From assembly GCA_025353085.1 (NCBI GenBank), contig JANXRI010000212.1, forward strand, positions 1 to 51,574: 51,574 bases of DNA, in the 5' to 3' direction. Source of the DNA: Betaproteobacteria bacterium (GTDB lineage: Bacteria; Pseudomonadota; Gammaproteobacteria; Burkholderiales; SG8-41). Each line of letters starts with the position of its first letter. The stretch's first letter is position 1. The position numbers were made by a program, and so were the translations under genes. Under the pieces are notes generated by a model. The model was not told the DNA's origin and ran no database searches. It worked only from the letters and a program-made list of their open reading frames with translations. Below, piece by piece: positions 1 through 14,377 of the stretch.

Positions 1-1641
1 CGCTTGCCGGCCGGCGCGTTGCTGGTGTCGGGCGACGGTCATGTGTTCACGCGTCACAGCGTCAGTTTTCACGCGCCCGATTCAGAACTGCACGGCGTGC
101 TGTCACGCCAGCGCGAGATCGAGCAGATAACGCGGCAGCACGCGACCGAGCAGGCGCGGCTGACGACGCTGCGCGAAGCGCTTGGCGAGGCGGAGGCGGG
201 CTTCGAACAGCGCAAGGCGGTGACGAATGAACTGCGCAACGCCGCGGAAGCTCTTCAACAATCGTTGCATGAATCCGAACTTTCGATACTGCGCCTGTCC
301 GAACATGCCCAGCGCGTGACCCAGCGCGGCGAACAAATTGCTGCCGAACTGGCTGAGATCGGCGCTCAGTCAGGCAATGAGCGCGGCCAGCACGACGCGG
401 CGCAAATCAATATCGCTGAATTCGACCGGCTGCGCCTTGAGCACCATGACCGGCAGACGGGTGTCCTGGCGCATCATGCGGCGGCAGAAGCGGCTTTGGA
501 ACAACAACGCCAACTGATGCAGCGGGCCGAACGAGCGGCGCAGGAGTCGGCGTTCCATGTGAAAACATGCGCCAACAAAATTGCCGAAATTGAAAATGCA
601 ATTAAGCTGATCGCCGATAGTGTCGGCACCGTTAAGACCGGCATCGCCCAGCACGAACACGAACTGGGATTGCTCGATGAAGCGCCGCTCACGACCGATC
701 TCGAGCAAATCATCGGCGTGCGCGCGCAGAAAGAACAAGTACTGGCCGCGGCGCGTGACGCGCTCGAAGCAACGGAGACGGCGCTGCGGGAAACCGGGCA
801 GGAACGCAGCAGCATAGAGCAAAACCTCAATCCGATCCGCGAACGCACCAATGAGGTCAAACTGAAGGAGCAGGAAGCCCGCCTGATGGAAGAGCAGTTC
901 GCCATGCAACTCGCCGAAGCGGGTGCTGATGACGCGGAGCTTGAGGCTCAGCTCGAAAAAGGCAAGCGGTCGGGCGCCTGGCAGGCGGATATCACGCGGC
1001 TAAACGGTGAAATTAGCGCGCTCGGCGCGGTCAATCTGGCGGCGCTTGAAGAGCTCGATTCCGCGCAGCAACGCAAGAATTATCTCGATGCGCAATCGCT
1101 CGATCTTAACCAGGCGCTATCGACTCTCGAGGACGCGATCCGCCGCATCGACCGGGAAACCCGCGAACGCCTCCAGCATACGTTCGACGAGGTCAACGGG
1201 CATTTTGGCCGCCTGTTCCCGTCGCTCTTCGGCGGCGGCCGCGCCAAGCTTGAATTGACGGGCGAGGAAATCCTCGACAGCGGCGTGCACGTCATCGCGC
1301 AGCCGCCGGGCAAGAAAAACAGTTCGATCCATTTATTGTCAGGCGGCGAAAAAGCGCTGACCGCCTTATCGCTCGTGTTCGCGTTGTTCCAGTTAAACCC
1401 CGCGCCATTCTGCCTGCTCGACGAGGTCGACGCGCCGCTTGACGACACCAATACCGAGCGCTTCTGCCAGCTGGTCAAGAAAATGTCGGCTAATTCGCAG
1501 TTCCTGTTTATCAGTCATAACAAGATCACGATGGAAATCGCCAATCAACTGATCGGGGTCACTATGCAGGAACCCGGCGTGTCGCGCGTGGTGGCGGTCG
1601 ATATCGAAGAAGCCATGAAGCTCGCCGAAGAAGCGGCGTAG
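1..1641 (+). CDS. smc: Chromosome partition protein Smc, C-terminal part (5' end lies outside the window)
   Basis: Long Q/E/A/L-rich coiled-coil region. It is followed by the ABC signature LSGGEKALTALSLVFA and Walker B CLLDEVDAPLD. The frame is open from base 1, and zipA-ligA follow as in conserved synteny. Confidence 0.9.
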   Translation, partial: RLPAGALLVSGDGHVFTRHSVSFHAPDSELHGVLSRQREIEQITRQHATEQARLTTLREALGEAEAGFEQRKAVTNELRNAAEALQQSLHESELSILRLSEHAQRVTQRGEQIAAELAEIGAQSGNERGQHDAAQINIAEFDRLRLEHHDRQTGVLAHHAAAEAALEQQRQLMQRAERAAQESAFHVKTCANKIAEIENAIKLIADSVGTVKTGIAQHEHELGLLDEAPLTTDLEQIIGVRAQKEQVLAAARDALEATETALRETGQERSSIEQNLNPIRERTNEVKLKEQEARLMEEQFAMQLAEAGADDAELEAQLEKGKRSGAWQADITRLNGEISALGAVNLAALEELDSAQQRKNYLDAQSLDLNQALSTLEDAIRRIDRETRERLQHTFDEVNGHFGRLFPSLFGGGRAKLELTGEEILDSGVHVIAQPPGKKNSSIHLLSGGEKALTALSLVFALFQLNPAPFCLLDEVDAPLDDTNTERFCQLVKKMSANSQFLFISHNKITMEIANQLIGVTMQEPGVSRVVAVDIEEAMKLAEEAA

Positions 1642-1658
1642 GCCAGGCGCGCGCGACC

Positions 1659-2741
1659 ATGAGCGATTTGCAAACAGCTTTGCTCGGCATTGGCGCCTGC
1701 GTGGTGGCCGGCGTATATGCGTTCAATTGGTGGCAGGAGCGCCAGTTCAAGCGCCGCAGCGAACTGGCATTTGAGCGCGAGCATGATGATGTGCTGATGC
1801 CCGCCGTGAGGTCGGCGGATACAGACACAAATCCCGGCGCGCGCATTGAGCCGCGACTGGACGCCGATCCATTTCCAGCGGCTGCGCCAGATATCCTGCC
1901 CACGCGCACGCCACCGACGCTCATGATCGATCCGGTGATCGACTATGTGGTGGACACCGAACTCGCGGCGCCTGCGGCGAGCGCAGGCTTGCACGCGCAG
2001 TTGATCGAACTCACCTCGGACTGGGATAAGCCGGTGCTGGCAGCGGGCTACGATGCGGCGGCGACCGAGTGGCAGCCGGCCGGCGTCGACAGCCGCATCG
2101 CTTACGCCCGGTTACGCTTCGCGGTGCAAATGTCGAACCGGGCGGGCTGCGTGGACCAGGACAAGCTCAACGTGTTTCGCGCGACCGTGCAAAGCTGGGC
2201 GGATGACGAGGGCGCCATCAGCGTCAAGTCGCTGGATCCGGCAGTGGCGCATTCGATGGCGGTGCAAATCGACCGGTTCTGCTCTGATGTGGATATTGCG
2301 ATCGGCGTTAACGTGATCACGCGGGGCGGCCCGTTTTCCGGAACTAAAATACGCGCGCTCGCCGAGGCCCGCGGCATGAAGCTTGAAAGCGCCGGCGTGT
2401 TTTACCTGCGCAATGACCACGGCAACATCGTTTACTCGCTCGACAATCACGAGCCTATGCCGTTCGTGCCAGAGCAGATCAAGGCGCTGATGACGAGCGG
2501 GGTCACCTTCCTGCTTGATGTGCCGTGTGTCGCGGAAGGGCTCGGCTCATTCGAGGGAATGCTCGCGACGGCGCGTGCTTTCTCGTCAACGCTCGACGGC
2601 ACGCTGGTCGACGACAACCGCACAGTGCTCACGGATGATGCCATTGACAAGATCCGACGCCAGTTGACAGGAATACTTGCGAAAATGGAGGCAGGCCAGA
2701 TCGCGGCCGGAGGAGCGCGCGCGCTGCGTTTGTTTTCGTAA
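1659..2741 (+). CDS. zipA: Cell division protein ZipA
   Basis: N-terminal TM helix (LLGIGACVVAGVYAFNWW), a charged/Pro-rich linker and a globular C-terminal domain. It sits between smc and ligA, and its stop TAA abuts the ligA ATG. Confidence 0.8.
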   Translation: MSDLQTALLGIGACVVAGVYAFNWWQERQFKRRSELAFEREHDDVLMPAVRSADTDTNPGARIEPRLDADPFPAAAPDILPTRTPPTLMIDPVIDYVVDTELAAPAASAGLHAQLIELTSDWDKPVLAAGYDAAATEWQPAGVDSRIAYARLRFAVQMSNRAGCVDQDKLNVFRATVQSWADDEGAISVKSLDPAVAHSMAVQIDRFCSDVDIAIGVNVITRGGPFSGTKIRALAEARGMKLESAGVFYLRNDHGNIVYSLDNHEPMPFVPEQIKALMTSGVTFLLDVPCVAEGLGSFEGMLATARAFSSTLDGTLVDDNRTVLTDDAIDKIRRQLTGILAKMEAGQIAAGGARALRLFS

Positions 2742-5653
<2,912 letters not shown>

Positions 5654-5672
5654 GAGCAGAAAGTCACGACGT

Positions 5673-6218
5673 ATGCAGGCCGACGACGCGAAGCAAATTC
5701 TGCGAACCGCGGAGCAACTTTGTACGGCCGACGCAGTGACGCAGGCCGTGCAAAGTGTCGCGGCCGCAATCACGATCGCACTCGCGCCGGCAAATCCCCT
5801 GGTGCTGGCGGTGATGAGCGGCGCCGTTGTGTTTACCGGGCAACTGCTGCCGCTCTTGAATTTTCCGCTCGACCTCGACTACGTTCATCTCACTCGCTAC
5901 GGCGACGCAACAGTGGGCGGCGGTATCGAGTGGAAAATGTTTCCCGAAGCCAAAATCGCGGGACGTGTCGTCCTCGTCGTCGACGATATTCTCGATGAAG
6001 GTCATACGCTCGCTGAAATAAAACGCCGCGTGCTTCAAGCCGGCGCCAGCCGATTTTATGCCGCGGTGTTTGTCGATAAAGACATTGGCGTTGACAAGCC
6101 GATCGCTGCCGATTTCGTCGGCATCACGCTTCCCAACCGCTATGTCTTCGGCTTTGGCATGGACGTCCAAGGTGCCTGGCGCAATCTGCCGGCCGTTTAC
6201 GCACTGAAGCAGGGGTAA
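5673..6218 (+). CDS. Hypoxanthine/guanine phosphoribosyltransferase-family protein
   Basis: PRPP-binding motif VVLVVDDILDEGHTL. Length is about 181 aa from the internal ATG at 5673. The track ORF from 5580 overlaps the galU 3' end and is taken as an over-extension. Confidence 0.8.
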   Translation: MQADDAKQILRTAEQLCTADAVTQAVQSVAAAITIALAPANPLVLAVMSGAVVFTGQLLPLLNFPLDLDYVHLTRYGDATVGGGIEWKMFPEAKIAGRVVLVVDDILDEGHTLAEIKRRVLQAGASRFYAAVFVDKDIGVDKPIAADFVGITLPNRYVFGFGMDVQGAWRNLPAVYALKQG

Positions 6219-6222
6219 CCGG

Positions 6223-6969
6223 ATGTTGGCAATCATCGGCGGCAGTGGATTTGCGCAGATTCCCGGGTTCAAGCTTGAGCGCCGCGAAGTTACGCGCACG
6301 CCTTATGGCGAGCCCTCGAGCGCGCTGTCGTTCGGCGCCGTTGCGGGACAGCCGGTCGTATTGCTCGCGCGGCATGGTTATGGCCATACCATACCGCCGC
6401 ACCAGATTAATTACCGCGCAAACGTATGGGCGTTGCAGTCGTGTGGCGTCACCCGGGTTCTGGGTCTCGCTACTGTCGGCGGAATACGCGCAGATCTCGC
6501 GCCGGGCATCCTGCTGGTTCCCGATCAAATAATCGATTACACGCACGGCCGCGCGGCGACTTTCTTTACGCTCGCGGATCGTGGCGTGCATCACATCGAT
6601 TTCACGCTCCCTTACTCGACGGAGCTGAGACTTGCGTGCGTGAACGGCGCCAAACGCGCACGGGAACCGATCGTCGACGGCGGGGTCTATGCGGCTACGC
6701 AGGGACCGCGGCTTGAAACGTCCGCGGAGATCAACCGGCTCGAACGCGACGGCGCCGATGTAGTTGGAATGACCGGGATGCCGGAAGCAGTGCTCGCCAA
6801 AGAAATCGGTTTGTCTTACGCAGTACTCGCGATTGTCGTGAACTATGCGGCGGGACGCGGCGCCAGCAAGGCAGGTATACCGATGGAAGAAATTGCGTTG
6901 GTGATGCAGCAAGCGACCGGCAAAGTGCAACGGATAATTGAACAGGTGGCGAAGGACAATGGCGGTTAA
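6223..6969 (+). CDS. S-methyl-5'-thioadenosine/thioinosine phosphorylase (PNP family 2)
   Basis: N-terminus IIGGSGF and the [23 protein letters not shown] block typical of MTAP/MtiP enzymes. Length is 248 aa. Confidence 0.85.
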   Translation: MLAIIGGSGFAQIPGFKLERREVTRTPYGEPSSALSFGAVAGQPVVLLARHGYGHTIPPHQINYRANVWALQSCGVTRVLGLATVGGIRADLAPGILLVPDQIIDYTHGRAATFFTLADRGVHHIDFTLPYSTELRLACVNGAKRAREPIVDGGVYAATQGPRLETSAEINRLERDGADVVGMTGMPEAVLAKEIGLSYAVLAIVVNYAAGRGASKAGIPMEEIALVMQQATGKVQRIIEQVAKDNGG

Positions 6970-7507
6970 AGAAGTACTGAGAATGGGCGATGCGCGTTTG
7001 CTGGAAATAGCAAAACCGGTCGAGAAGTTCGACACACCCGAGCTGCATGCGTTGCTCGCGGATATGCAGGACACCATGGCGGCGCTCGACGGCGCCGGCC
7101 TTGCGGCGCCGCAGATTGGCGTCGGCCTGCAGGTCGTGATTTTCGGCATAGAACACAACCCGCGGTACCCGGATGCCGAGGCGGTGCCGCAGACTGTGTT
7201 GATCAATCCGACGCTGACGCCGCTCTCCACGGATATTGAGGACGACTGGGAAGGTTGCCTGTCGGTACCGGGTATGCGTGGCGTGGTGCCGCGCTTTGCC
7301 GAGCTGCGCTATCAAGGCTTCGACCAGTACGGTAAACCCATCGACCGCAGCGTCGACAGCTTTCATGCGCGCGTCGTCCAGCACGAATGCGATCATCTGA
7401 TCGGCGTGTTGTATCCGATGCGCATACGCGACTTCAGCCGCTTTGGGTTCACTGAAGTGCTGTTTCCCGGCGAAGATAGCGCGGACGACGGAACGAAGCA
7501 GGATTGA
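6959..7507 (+). CDS. def: Peptide deformylase
   Basis: All three deformylase motifs are present: [16 protein letters not shown] and QHECDHL. The start is placed at ATG 6959 ([11 protein letters not shown]...), which overlaps the upstream stop. The track start at 6938 is also possible. Confidence 0.93.
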   Translation: MAVKEVLRMGDARLLEIAKPVEKFDTPELHALLADMQDTMAALDGAGLAAPQIGVGLQVVIFGIEHNPRYPDAEAVPQTVLINPTLTPLSTDIEDDWEGCLSVPGMRGVVPRFAELRYQGFDQYGKPIDRSVDSFHARVVQHECDHLIGVLYPMRIRDFSRFGFTEVLFPGEDSADDGTKQD

Positions 7508-7584
7508 GGAGTGAGGATCGGGGATTAAAAATTACGGATTGCGGATTAAGTGTAGATGGTCTACGTCTTCAATCCTCCATCCTG
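7499..7584. repeat. Imperfect 16-bp inverted repeat (14/16 complementary) bracketing the def/glnD convergent gap
   Basis: CAGGATTGAGGAGTGA (7499-7514) pairs with TCAATCCTCCATCCTG (7569-7584). The interior carries three GGATT copies and a small hairpin, GTAGA-TGG-TCTAC, at 7552-7564. Confidence 0.5.
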
Positions 7585-7589
7585 TATTG

Positions 7590-10187
7590 TCAGGTCTGAA
7601 GTTCGCGCACCAGATCGCTTTCGAGCTTGATCACTTTTTTCTGATCGTTCAACGCCGCCCCGTTGATCAGGAACACATCCTCCGCACGATCGCCGAGCGT
7701 ATTGATTTTGGCGGTGTATAGATTTATCTGGTAGTTCACGAGACAGCGCCCAACCCGCGACAACAGGCCCGGACGATCACCGGCAATGATGTTGAGCACT
7801 TTATACAGGCCGCGCTCGTCGGACGTAATCCGGACTTCGGGCGTAATCGGAAAATGCCTCAGTTGCCGGCTCACGCGGCCCTGCGCCGGCGGCTCGAGCG
7901 GCGTCTCCTGCGCGAGGCGCTGACCCAGCTCGTATTCGATATAACCGATCAAGTCGCGGTATTGCGGCTTTTTGTTGGTTGGATCGAGTATGGCGAAACT
8001 GTCCAGCGCATAACCGTGGCGCGTCGTGTAGATTTTCGCATCGACAATCGAATAGCTGATGCGCTCGAAGAAACTGCAAATGCGTGCGAACAGATCTTTT
8101 TGATCGCGCACGTAGATCATCACCTGCAGGCCTTCACCCGCGGGGGACAAGCGCGCTTTGACCACCGGCGCCGGCGTTTCCACGCGATAGTTGAGCAGCC
8201 GCGTGTGCCAGGCTATCTCACCGATGTCGTGACGCAGAAAGTATGAGATCTCGAGCTGCGACCATAGTTTTTCGGTTGACTCGTCTTTGATCGCATAGAG
8301 CCGCAACTTGGCTTTGACTGCCTCCTGACGCTGCTGGAGGCTGCTGTCGACCGAGCGTGTTTCGCCGCTCAAGCGCCGGCGCGTCATCCAGAAAAGATCC
8401 TCCAGCAGTTTCGCTTTCCAGCCGTTCCACACCTTCGGGCTGGTGCCGCGTATATCGGCGACTGTCAGAATGTAGAGCGCGACCAAATGACGCTCATCGC
8501 CGGCGCGATTGGCAAACGCGGCGATCACTTCGGGGTCTGACAAGTCCTGTTTTTGCGCGGTCGACGACATGCTCAGATGATTTTCGACCAGCCATGCAAC
8601 GAGTGCTGCGTCGTCCAGCGGCAGGCCGTGCTCGCGGCAGAATCTGAGTGCATCCACTTTGCCGAGCGCCGAATGGTCGCCGCCTCGACCTTTGGCAATA
8701 TCGTGAAAGAGGCCCGCCAGATAAAGCAGTTCCGGCCGCTCGAAGTCGCTCATCAAGCGGCTGGCAAGCGGAAACTCATGTGCAAGTTCTGGCACTGCAA
8801 AACGCCGCAGATTGCGTATGACGTTGAGGATGTGTTCGTCAACTGTATACACGTGGTAGAGATCGTGCTGCATCTGGCCGACGATCCGCCCGAACGCCGG
8901 AATATAGCGGCCAAGAATGCCATAGCGATTCATGCGGCGGAGTTCGCGCACGACGCGTGACGGGCTGCGCAAAATCTGCATGAACAGTTCGCGGTTGCGC
9001 GGCGAGCGCCTGAACGCGGGATCGATAAGCGTGCTCGCGCGCCACAACGACCGCAGCGTGCCGGCGGTGATGCCTTTCAATTCGTGACGCTGCTGCAATA
9101 TGATGAACGCCTCGAGCATGGCGCTGGGCTCGCGTCTGAACAGCGCTTCGTCGTTCGCTTCGAGCAGTTCGTTGCGGCTATGAAAGCGCTCGTTGATTTG
9201 TTCGATCGCGCGCCCGCGCGGCGGCATGATCAACGCACCGAGATTCTGCAGCACGATCGTATTCAACTGGCTGATTTCGATCGCAGTGCGGTAAAAGCGC
9301 TGCATCAGATGCTCGCTGGCGCGGCGGTGGGCGGTGTCCCGGCAACCCATTTGCTTCGCAAGCTCGGTCTGCACGTCGAACACGAGGCGTTCCTCGCGAC
9401 GTTGCGCGAGATAATGCAAACGGATGCGCAGGTTCTGCAGGAAAGCCTCGTGTTTGCGCAGCAGCGCAGCTTCGTGCCGAGTGATGATCTGGCGCTCGAC
9501 CAGATCCGACCAGCGGGTACCGATGTTGGCCGCTTTGCTGATCCACAAAATCGTTTGCAAATCGCGCAGTCCGCCTGCTGTTTCCTTGATATTGGGCTCG
9601 AGATTGGTGTCGTGATAGCGCACATGACGCTGTTCCTGCTCGAGACGCTTTGCTTTGGTGAATTGTTCAGCATCAAGCTGCCGCCGGAACTCGCGCTCGA
9701 ACTGCATAAAGAGTTTGAGGTCGCCGACGATGAGCCGCGCTTCGAGCAGACTGGTCTGGATGGTGACGTCCTGCGCCGCGAGTTCGACGCATTCGGGAAC
9801 CGTGCGCACGCTATGGCCGACATCGAGGCCAACGTCCCACAATAAGCTGACGAACTGCTCCAGCTTTTGCGTCAGCGCTGCATCGGGGACATGAGGCAGC
9901 AATATAAGCAGGTCGATATCAGAATATGGATACAGTTCGCCACGGCCAAAGCCGCCGACTGCAACCAGCGTGCCGCCATCCGGCATGCCGATGTGTTGCC
10001 ATACGGACTTGAGCGTGGCGTCGACGATTTTGCGATGCTCGTGCAGCAGTTTCGGCGCTGAAGGCGAGTCGTCGAGCACATAGCGCCCATGCAGCGCAGC
10101 CCGTTGCTCGGCGAGCCGCCGCTTCAACCGCGCGCCGGTCGACTCGACTACCGGAGTCGAATCGGTGGCGGGTTGCGGGTTAGCCAT
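7590..10187 (-). CDS. glnD: Bifunctional [protein-PII] uridylyltransferase/uridylyl-removing enzyme GlnD
   Basis: Nucleotidyltransferase motif GGFGRGELYPYSDIDLLIL and HD domain LFHDIAKGRGGDHS, with two C-terminal ACT-like domains. Length is 865 aa. It lies downstream of map with an 8-nt overlap. Confidence 0.95.
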   Translation of the reverse strand: MANPQPATDSTPVVESTGARLKRRLAEQRAALHGRYVLDDSPSAPKLLHEHRKIVDATLKSVWQHIGMPDGGTLVAVGGFGRGELYPYSDIDLLILLPHVPDAALTQKLEQFVSLLWDVGLDVGHSVRTVPECVELAAQDVTIQTSLLEARLIVGDLKLFMQFEREFRRQLDAEQFTKAKRLEQEQRHVRYHDTNLEPNIKETAGGLRDLQTILWISKAANIGTRWSDLVERQIITRHEAALLRKHEAFLQNLRIRLHYLAQRREERLVFDVQTELAKQMGCRDTAHRRASEHLMQRFYRTAIEISQLNTIVLQNLGALIMPPRGRAIEQINERFHSRNELLEANDEALFRREPSAMLEAFIILQQRHELKGITAGTLRSLWRASTLIDPAFRRSPRNRELFMQILRSPSRVVRELRRMNRYGILGRYIPAFGRIVGQMQHDLYHVYTVDEHILNVIRNLRRFAVPELAHEFPLASRLMSDFERPELLYLAGLFHDIAKGRGGDHSALGKVDALRFCREHGLPLDDAALVAWLVENHLSMSSTAQKQDLSDPEVIAAFANRAGDERHLVALYILTVADIRGTSPKVWNGWKAKLLEDLFWMTRRRLSGETRSVDSSLQQRQEAVKAKLRLYAIKDESTEKLWSQLEISYFLRHDIGEIAWHTRLLNYRVETPAPVVKARLSPAGEGLQVMIYVRDQKDLFARICSFFERISYSIVDAKIYTTRHGYALDSFAILDPTNKKPQYRDLIGYIEYELGQRLAQETPLEPPAQGRVSRQLRHFPITPEVRITSDERGLYKVLNIIAGDRPGLLSRVGRCLVNYQINLYTAKINTLGDRAEDVFLINGAALNDQKKVIKLESDLVRELQT

Positions 10188-11013
10188 TGCCCGCTGTGAC
10201 GAACGCGGGCGGCGGCGGACTGGCGGCGGAAACCGTGAGCACGTCGTAGCCGGTTTCGGTTACCAGCACGGTGTGCTCCCATTGCGCGGACAAACTATGG
10301 TCTTTGGTCACGATGGTCCACCCGTCGGCGAGCTGACGAATACCGGCACGACCGGCGTTGATCATCGGTTCAACCGTAAAAGTCATTCCAGCCACGAGTG
10401 GGATGCCCGTACCCGGACGGCCATAGTGGAGTACTTGCGGTTCTTCATGAAATTGGCGGCCGATGCCATGGCCGCAAAACTCGCGCACCACGCTGCAACC
10501 ATAGCCTTCCGCGCACGCCTGGATCACGTGACCAACGTCGCCGAGACGCGCGCCTGCGCGCACTTCGGCGATGCCGCGCCACATGCACTCATAGGTGATT
10601 TCACACAAACGGCGCGCTTGCACGGACGGCTCTCCCACGTAAAACATCCGGCTGGTGTCGCCATGATAGCCATCCTTGATCACCGTGACGTCGATATTGA
10701 CGATATCGCCTGGTTTCAATTTTTTATCGCCCGGCACGCCATGGCAGACCACATGGTTGACGGAGGTGCAGACGGATTTTGGATACGGCTGATAGCCGGG
10801 CGGAGCGTAGTTCAGAGGGGCGGGCACTGTTAGTTGCACGTCGACCATGTAATCGTGGCACAGGCGGTCGATTTCATTGGTGGTCATGCCGGCCTTGATG
10901 TGCGGCGTGATGAAGTCGAGCACTTCAGACCCCAGGCGACCTGCCACGCGCATTTTGGAAATTTCTTCGACGGTTTTGAGTGCGGCATTCATGGCAGAGG
11001 AGGGACTATACAT
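10180..11013 (-). CDS. map: Type I methionine aminopeptidase
   Basis: Motifs VCHGVPG, DIVNIDVTV, FCGHGIG, TFTVEPM and AQWEHTVLVT. An alternative ATG lies at 10992. The gene is divergent from rpsB, as in many proteobacteria. Confidence 0.93.
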   Translation of the reverse strand: MYSPSSAMNAALKTVEEISKMRVAGRLGSEVLDFITPHIKAGMTTNEIDRLCHDYMVDVQLTVPAPLNYAPPGYQPYPKSVCTSVNHVVCHGVPGDKKLKPGDIVNIDVTVIKDGYHGDTSRMFYVGEPSVQARRLCEITYECMWRGIAEVRAGARLGDVGHVIQACAEGYGCSVVREFCGHGIGRQFHEEPQVLHYGRPGTGIPLVAGMTFTVEPMINAGRAGIRQLADGWTIVTKDHSLSAQWEHTVLVTETGYDVLTVSAASPPPPAFVTAGNG

Positions 11014-11127
11014 TGAGATCAGGCATTAAAAGGAGGCGGATTCTAGTCCAGTTTCGACCAGGCTCCAAACCGACGTTGGTATCTGGAACGAGGCGCCTGG
11101 ACGGATTGCGGCACGCCGAATCAGCGG

Positions 11128-11157
11128 TTGAGAAAGGGCGCTCGGCGATGATATAAT
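11128..11157 (+). promoter_or_regulatory. Candidate sigma70 promoter for rpsB (TTGAGA-18 nt-TATAAT)
   Basis: -35 TTGAGA at 11128-11133 and a perfect -10 TATAAT at 11152-11157. This sits about 130 nt upstream of the rpsB ATG. Confidence 0.45.
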
Positions 11158-11289
11158 TACGGACTGGCCTGGAACAAGTTCTCAATGAATTTATTGAGTT
11201 TTCAGGCTTAATTCGCACATCCGCCAATGTCAGGGTGCCCGGCAACGGGTCTACAGGCGGATGGAGGCTTAACCCTAACTGGAGATTGT

Positions 11290-12033
11290 ATGTCTACGAC
11301 CATGCGTGAAATGCTGGAGTGCGGTGTCCATTTCGGCCACCAGACCCGCTACTGGAATCCCAAGATGGCCCCGTTTATCTTCGGCCATCGCAACAAGATT
11401 CACATCATCAACCTGGAAAAAACGGTCGCGCTGTACGAGGACGCGCTTAAGTTCGTGCGCCAGATGACTGCCAACAAGGGCGTCATCATGTTTGTCGGCA
11501 CCAAACGTCAAGCCCGCGAGATCGTCAAAGAAGAAGCGCAAAGGGCCGGCGCCCCTTATGTCGATCACCGCTGGCTCGGCGGCATGCTGACGAATTACAA
11601 AACCGTCAAGGCCTCGATCAAGCGCTTGAAGGACATGGAAGCGATGGCCGAGGACGGCACGCTCGACAAGCTGGTCAAGAAAGAAGCGCTCAACTATCAG
11701 CGCGAGATCGTCAAGCTCGAGCGCAGCCTGGGCGGCATCAAGAACATGAACGGATTGCCCGACGCGCTGTTTGTGATCGATGTCGGTTATCACAAGGGCG
11801 CCATCGCAGAAGCAAAGAAGCTCGGAATACCGATCATCGCAGTGGTAGACACCAACCACAATCCGGAGGGCCTCGACTACGTGATTCCGGGCAATGACGA
11901 CTCCAGCCGGGCGATCCGGTTGTATGCGCGCGGCGTCGCGGATGCGGTGCTGGAAGGCCGCAATCAGGTCGTGCAGGAGATTATCGGCGGCGACGAGGAA
12001 TTCGTCGAAGTCGAGGATGCGCCGGCGAAGTAA
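11290..12033 (+). CDS. rpsB: 30S ribosomal protein S2
   Basis: [19 protein letters not shown] motif. A GGAG sequence lies 6 nt upstream of ATG 11290. The track start at 11227 is an over-extension. Confidence 0.97.
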   Translation: MSTTMREMLECGVHFGHQTRYWNPKMAPFIFGHRNKIHIINLEKTVALYEDALKFVRQMTANKGVIMFVGTKRQAREIVKEEAQRAGAPYVDHRWLGGMLTNYKTVKASIKRLKDMEAMAEDGTLDKLVKKEALNYQREIVKLERSLGGIKNMNGLPDALFVIDVGYHKGAIAEAKKLGIPIIAVVDTNHNPEGLDYVIPGNDDSSRAIRLYARGVADAVLEGRNQVVQEIIGGDEEFVEVEDAPAK

Positions 12034-12046
12034 ACGACGCCTTCCC

Positions 12047-12072
12047 AAAAGGGGCTGATGCCCCTTTTTTTT
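12047..12072 (+). terminator. Rho-independent terminator/attenuator between rpsB and tsf
   Basis: AAAAGGGGC-TGAT-GCCCCTTTTTTTT hairpin followed by a T-run, 14 nt after the rpsB stop. Confidence 0.6.
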
Positions 12073-12163
12073 AACAGCGACACGGGCAGTTGCAGCGCGC
12101 ATGCTGCGCGAAATGGCGCAATAGCTGCGGCTAATTGATAAATTTTTAGAATCTGGAGTTTAA

Positions 12164-13057
12164 ATGGCGGAAATCACCGCGGCGATGGTCAGGGACTTAC
12201 GCGACAAAACTGACGCGCCCATGATGGAATGCAAGAAAGCGCTTACCGAAGCCAACGGAGACCTCTCTAAGGCCGAAGAAATTCTGCGTATCAAGCTTGG
12301 CAACAAGGCGAGCAAGGCATCGTCGCGCATCGCCGCTGAAGGCGTCGTCGCGGCATACGTCGGGCCGGACGGTAAGCTCGGTGCGCTTGTCGAAGTCAAT
12401 TGCGAAACCGATTTCGTCGCGAAAAACGAAGACTTTCTGGCGTTCGCCGCGAAGGCCGCGCGACTGGCGGCAACCAGCGATGCGGCGGACGTCGCGGCAT
12501 TGTCCGCTGTGCCGTTGGATGGCGCGACCGTCGAAGAAGTGCGCACCCGGCTGGTAGGAAAAATCGGCGAGAACGTCTCGTTGCGCCGGTTCGCGCGCGT
12601 GGCGGCGGTGGGCAAGCTGGCGACTTATATTCACGGCGGTGCGAAGGTCGGCGTGTTGATCGACGTCGCCGGCGGCGAGGAGTCGCTCGCCAAAGATATC
12701 GCCATGCACATCGCCGCGATCAAACCCGTCGCTCTGTCGAAAGAAGAGATTCCCGCCGAGCTCATCAAACGTGAACGCGACATTGCGGCAGCCAAAGCCG
12801 CCGAATCCGGCAAGCCGGCGAACATTGTCGAAAAGATGGTCGAGGGCAGCGTCCAGAAATTTTTGAAGGAAGTAACCTTGCTGGGGCAGCCATTCGTGAA
12901 AGACGATAAGCAGACTGTCGAGCATTTGCTGAAAAGCAAAAACGCGACGGTCCACGCGTTCAAGTTGTATGTGGTCGGCGAAGGTCTCGAGAAGCGCAAG
13001 GACGACTTCGTCGCCGAAGTCATGGCGCAGGCCAAGCACGCCGATAGGACAGCGTAG
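12164..13057 (+). CDS. tsf: Elongation factor Ts
   Basis: N-terminal UBA-like [34 protein letters not shown]. Length is 297 aa, with rpsB-tsf synteny. Confidence 0.97.
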   Translation: MAEITAAMVRDLRDKTDAPMMECKKALTEANGDLSKAEEILRIKLGNKASKASSRIAAEGVVAAYVGPDGKLGALVEVNCETDFVAKNEDFLAFAAKAARLAATSDAADVAALSAVPLDGATVEEVRTRLVGKIGENVSLRRFARVAAVGKLATYIHGGAKVGVLIDVAGGEESLAKDIAMHIAAIKPVALSKEEIPAELIKRERDIAAAKAAESGKPANIVEKMVEGSVQKFLKEVTLLGQPFVKDDKQTVEHLLKSKNATVHAFKLYVVGEGLEKRKDDFVAEVMAQAKHADRTA

Positions 13058-13070
13058 CCGTCCTGACGCC

Positions 13071-13790
<720 letters not shown>

Positions 13791-13804
13791 CGGAGAAAAA
13801 ACTC

Positions 13805-14362
13805 ATGATCGCCGACATTAAGAAATCCGCCGAAGAAAAAATGAAAAAGACGCTCGAGACGTTGAGAAACGATCTCGGGAAAATCCGCACCGGCCGCGCG
13901 CATACCGGGCTGCTCGATCACGTCATGGTCGACTATTACGGCACGCCAACAGCGATCAACGGCGTCGCCAATGTGACCTTGCTCGATGCGCGAACGCTGG
14001 CGGTTACGCCGTGGGAAAAGAAAATGGTCGCGGCCATCGACAAGGCGATTCGCGATTCAGATCTCGGACTGAATCCTGCGACCATGGGCGAGACCGTGCG
14101 CGTGCCGATGCCGGCTTTGACCGAAGAGCGGCGCAAGGACCTGATCAAAGTCGTGCACAAGGAGGGCGAGGGTGCGCGCGTCGCAGTGCGCAACATCCGG
14201 CGGGTTGCTAACAATCACTTAAAAGACCTGCTCAAGCAGAAAAAAGTAGCCGAGGACGACGAGCGCCGCGCCCAGGACGACGTGCAAAAGCTGACCGACC
14301 GCCATATCGCGGAGATCGACAAGCTGCTTGCCGCCAAAGAAGCCGAATTAATCGCGGTATAA
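13805..14362 (+). CDS. frr: Ribosome recycling factor
   Basis: [30 protein letters not shown] block. Length is 185 aa from ATG 13805, with pyrH-frr synteny. Confidence 0.96.
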   Translation: MIADIKKSAEEKMKKTLETLRNDLGKIRTGRAHTGLLDHVMVDYYGTPTAINGVANVTLLDARTLAVTPWEKKMVAAIDKAIRDSDLGLNPATMGETVRVPMPALTEERRKDLIKVVHKEGEGARVAVRNIRRVANNHLKDLLKQKKVAEDDERRAQDDVQKLTDRHIAEIDKLLAAKEAELIAV

Positions 14363-14377
14363 GGTATAAGCGCGCTC

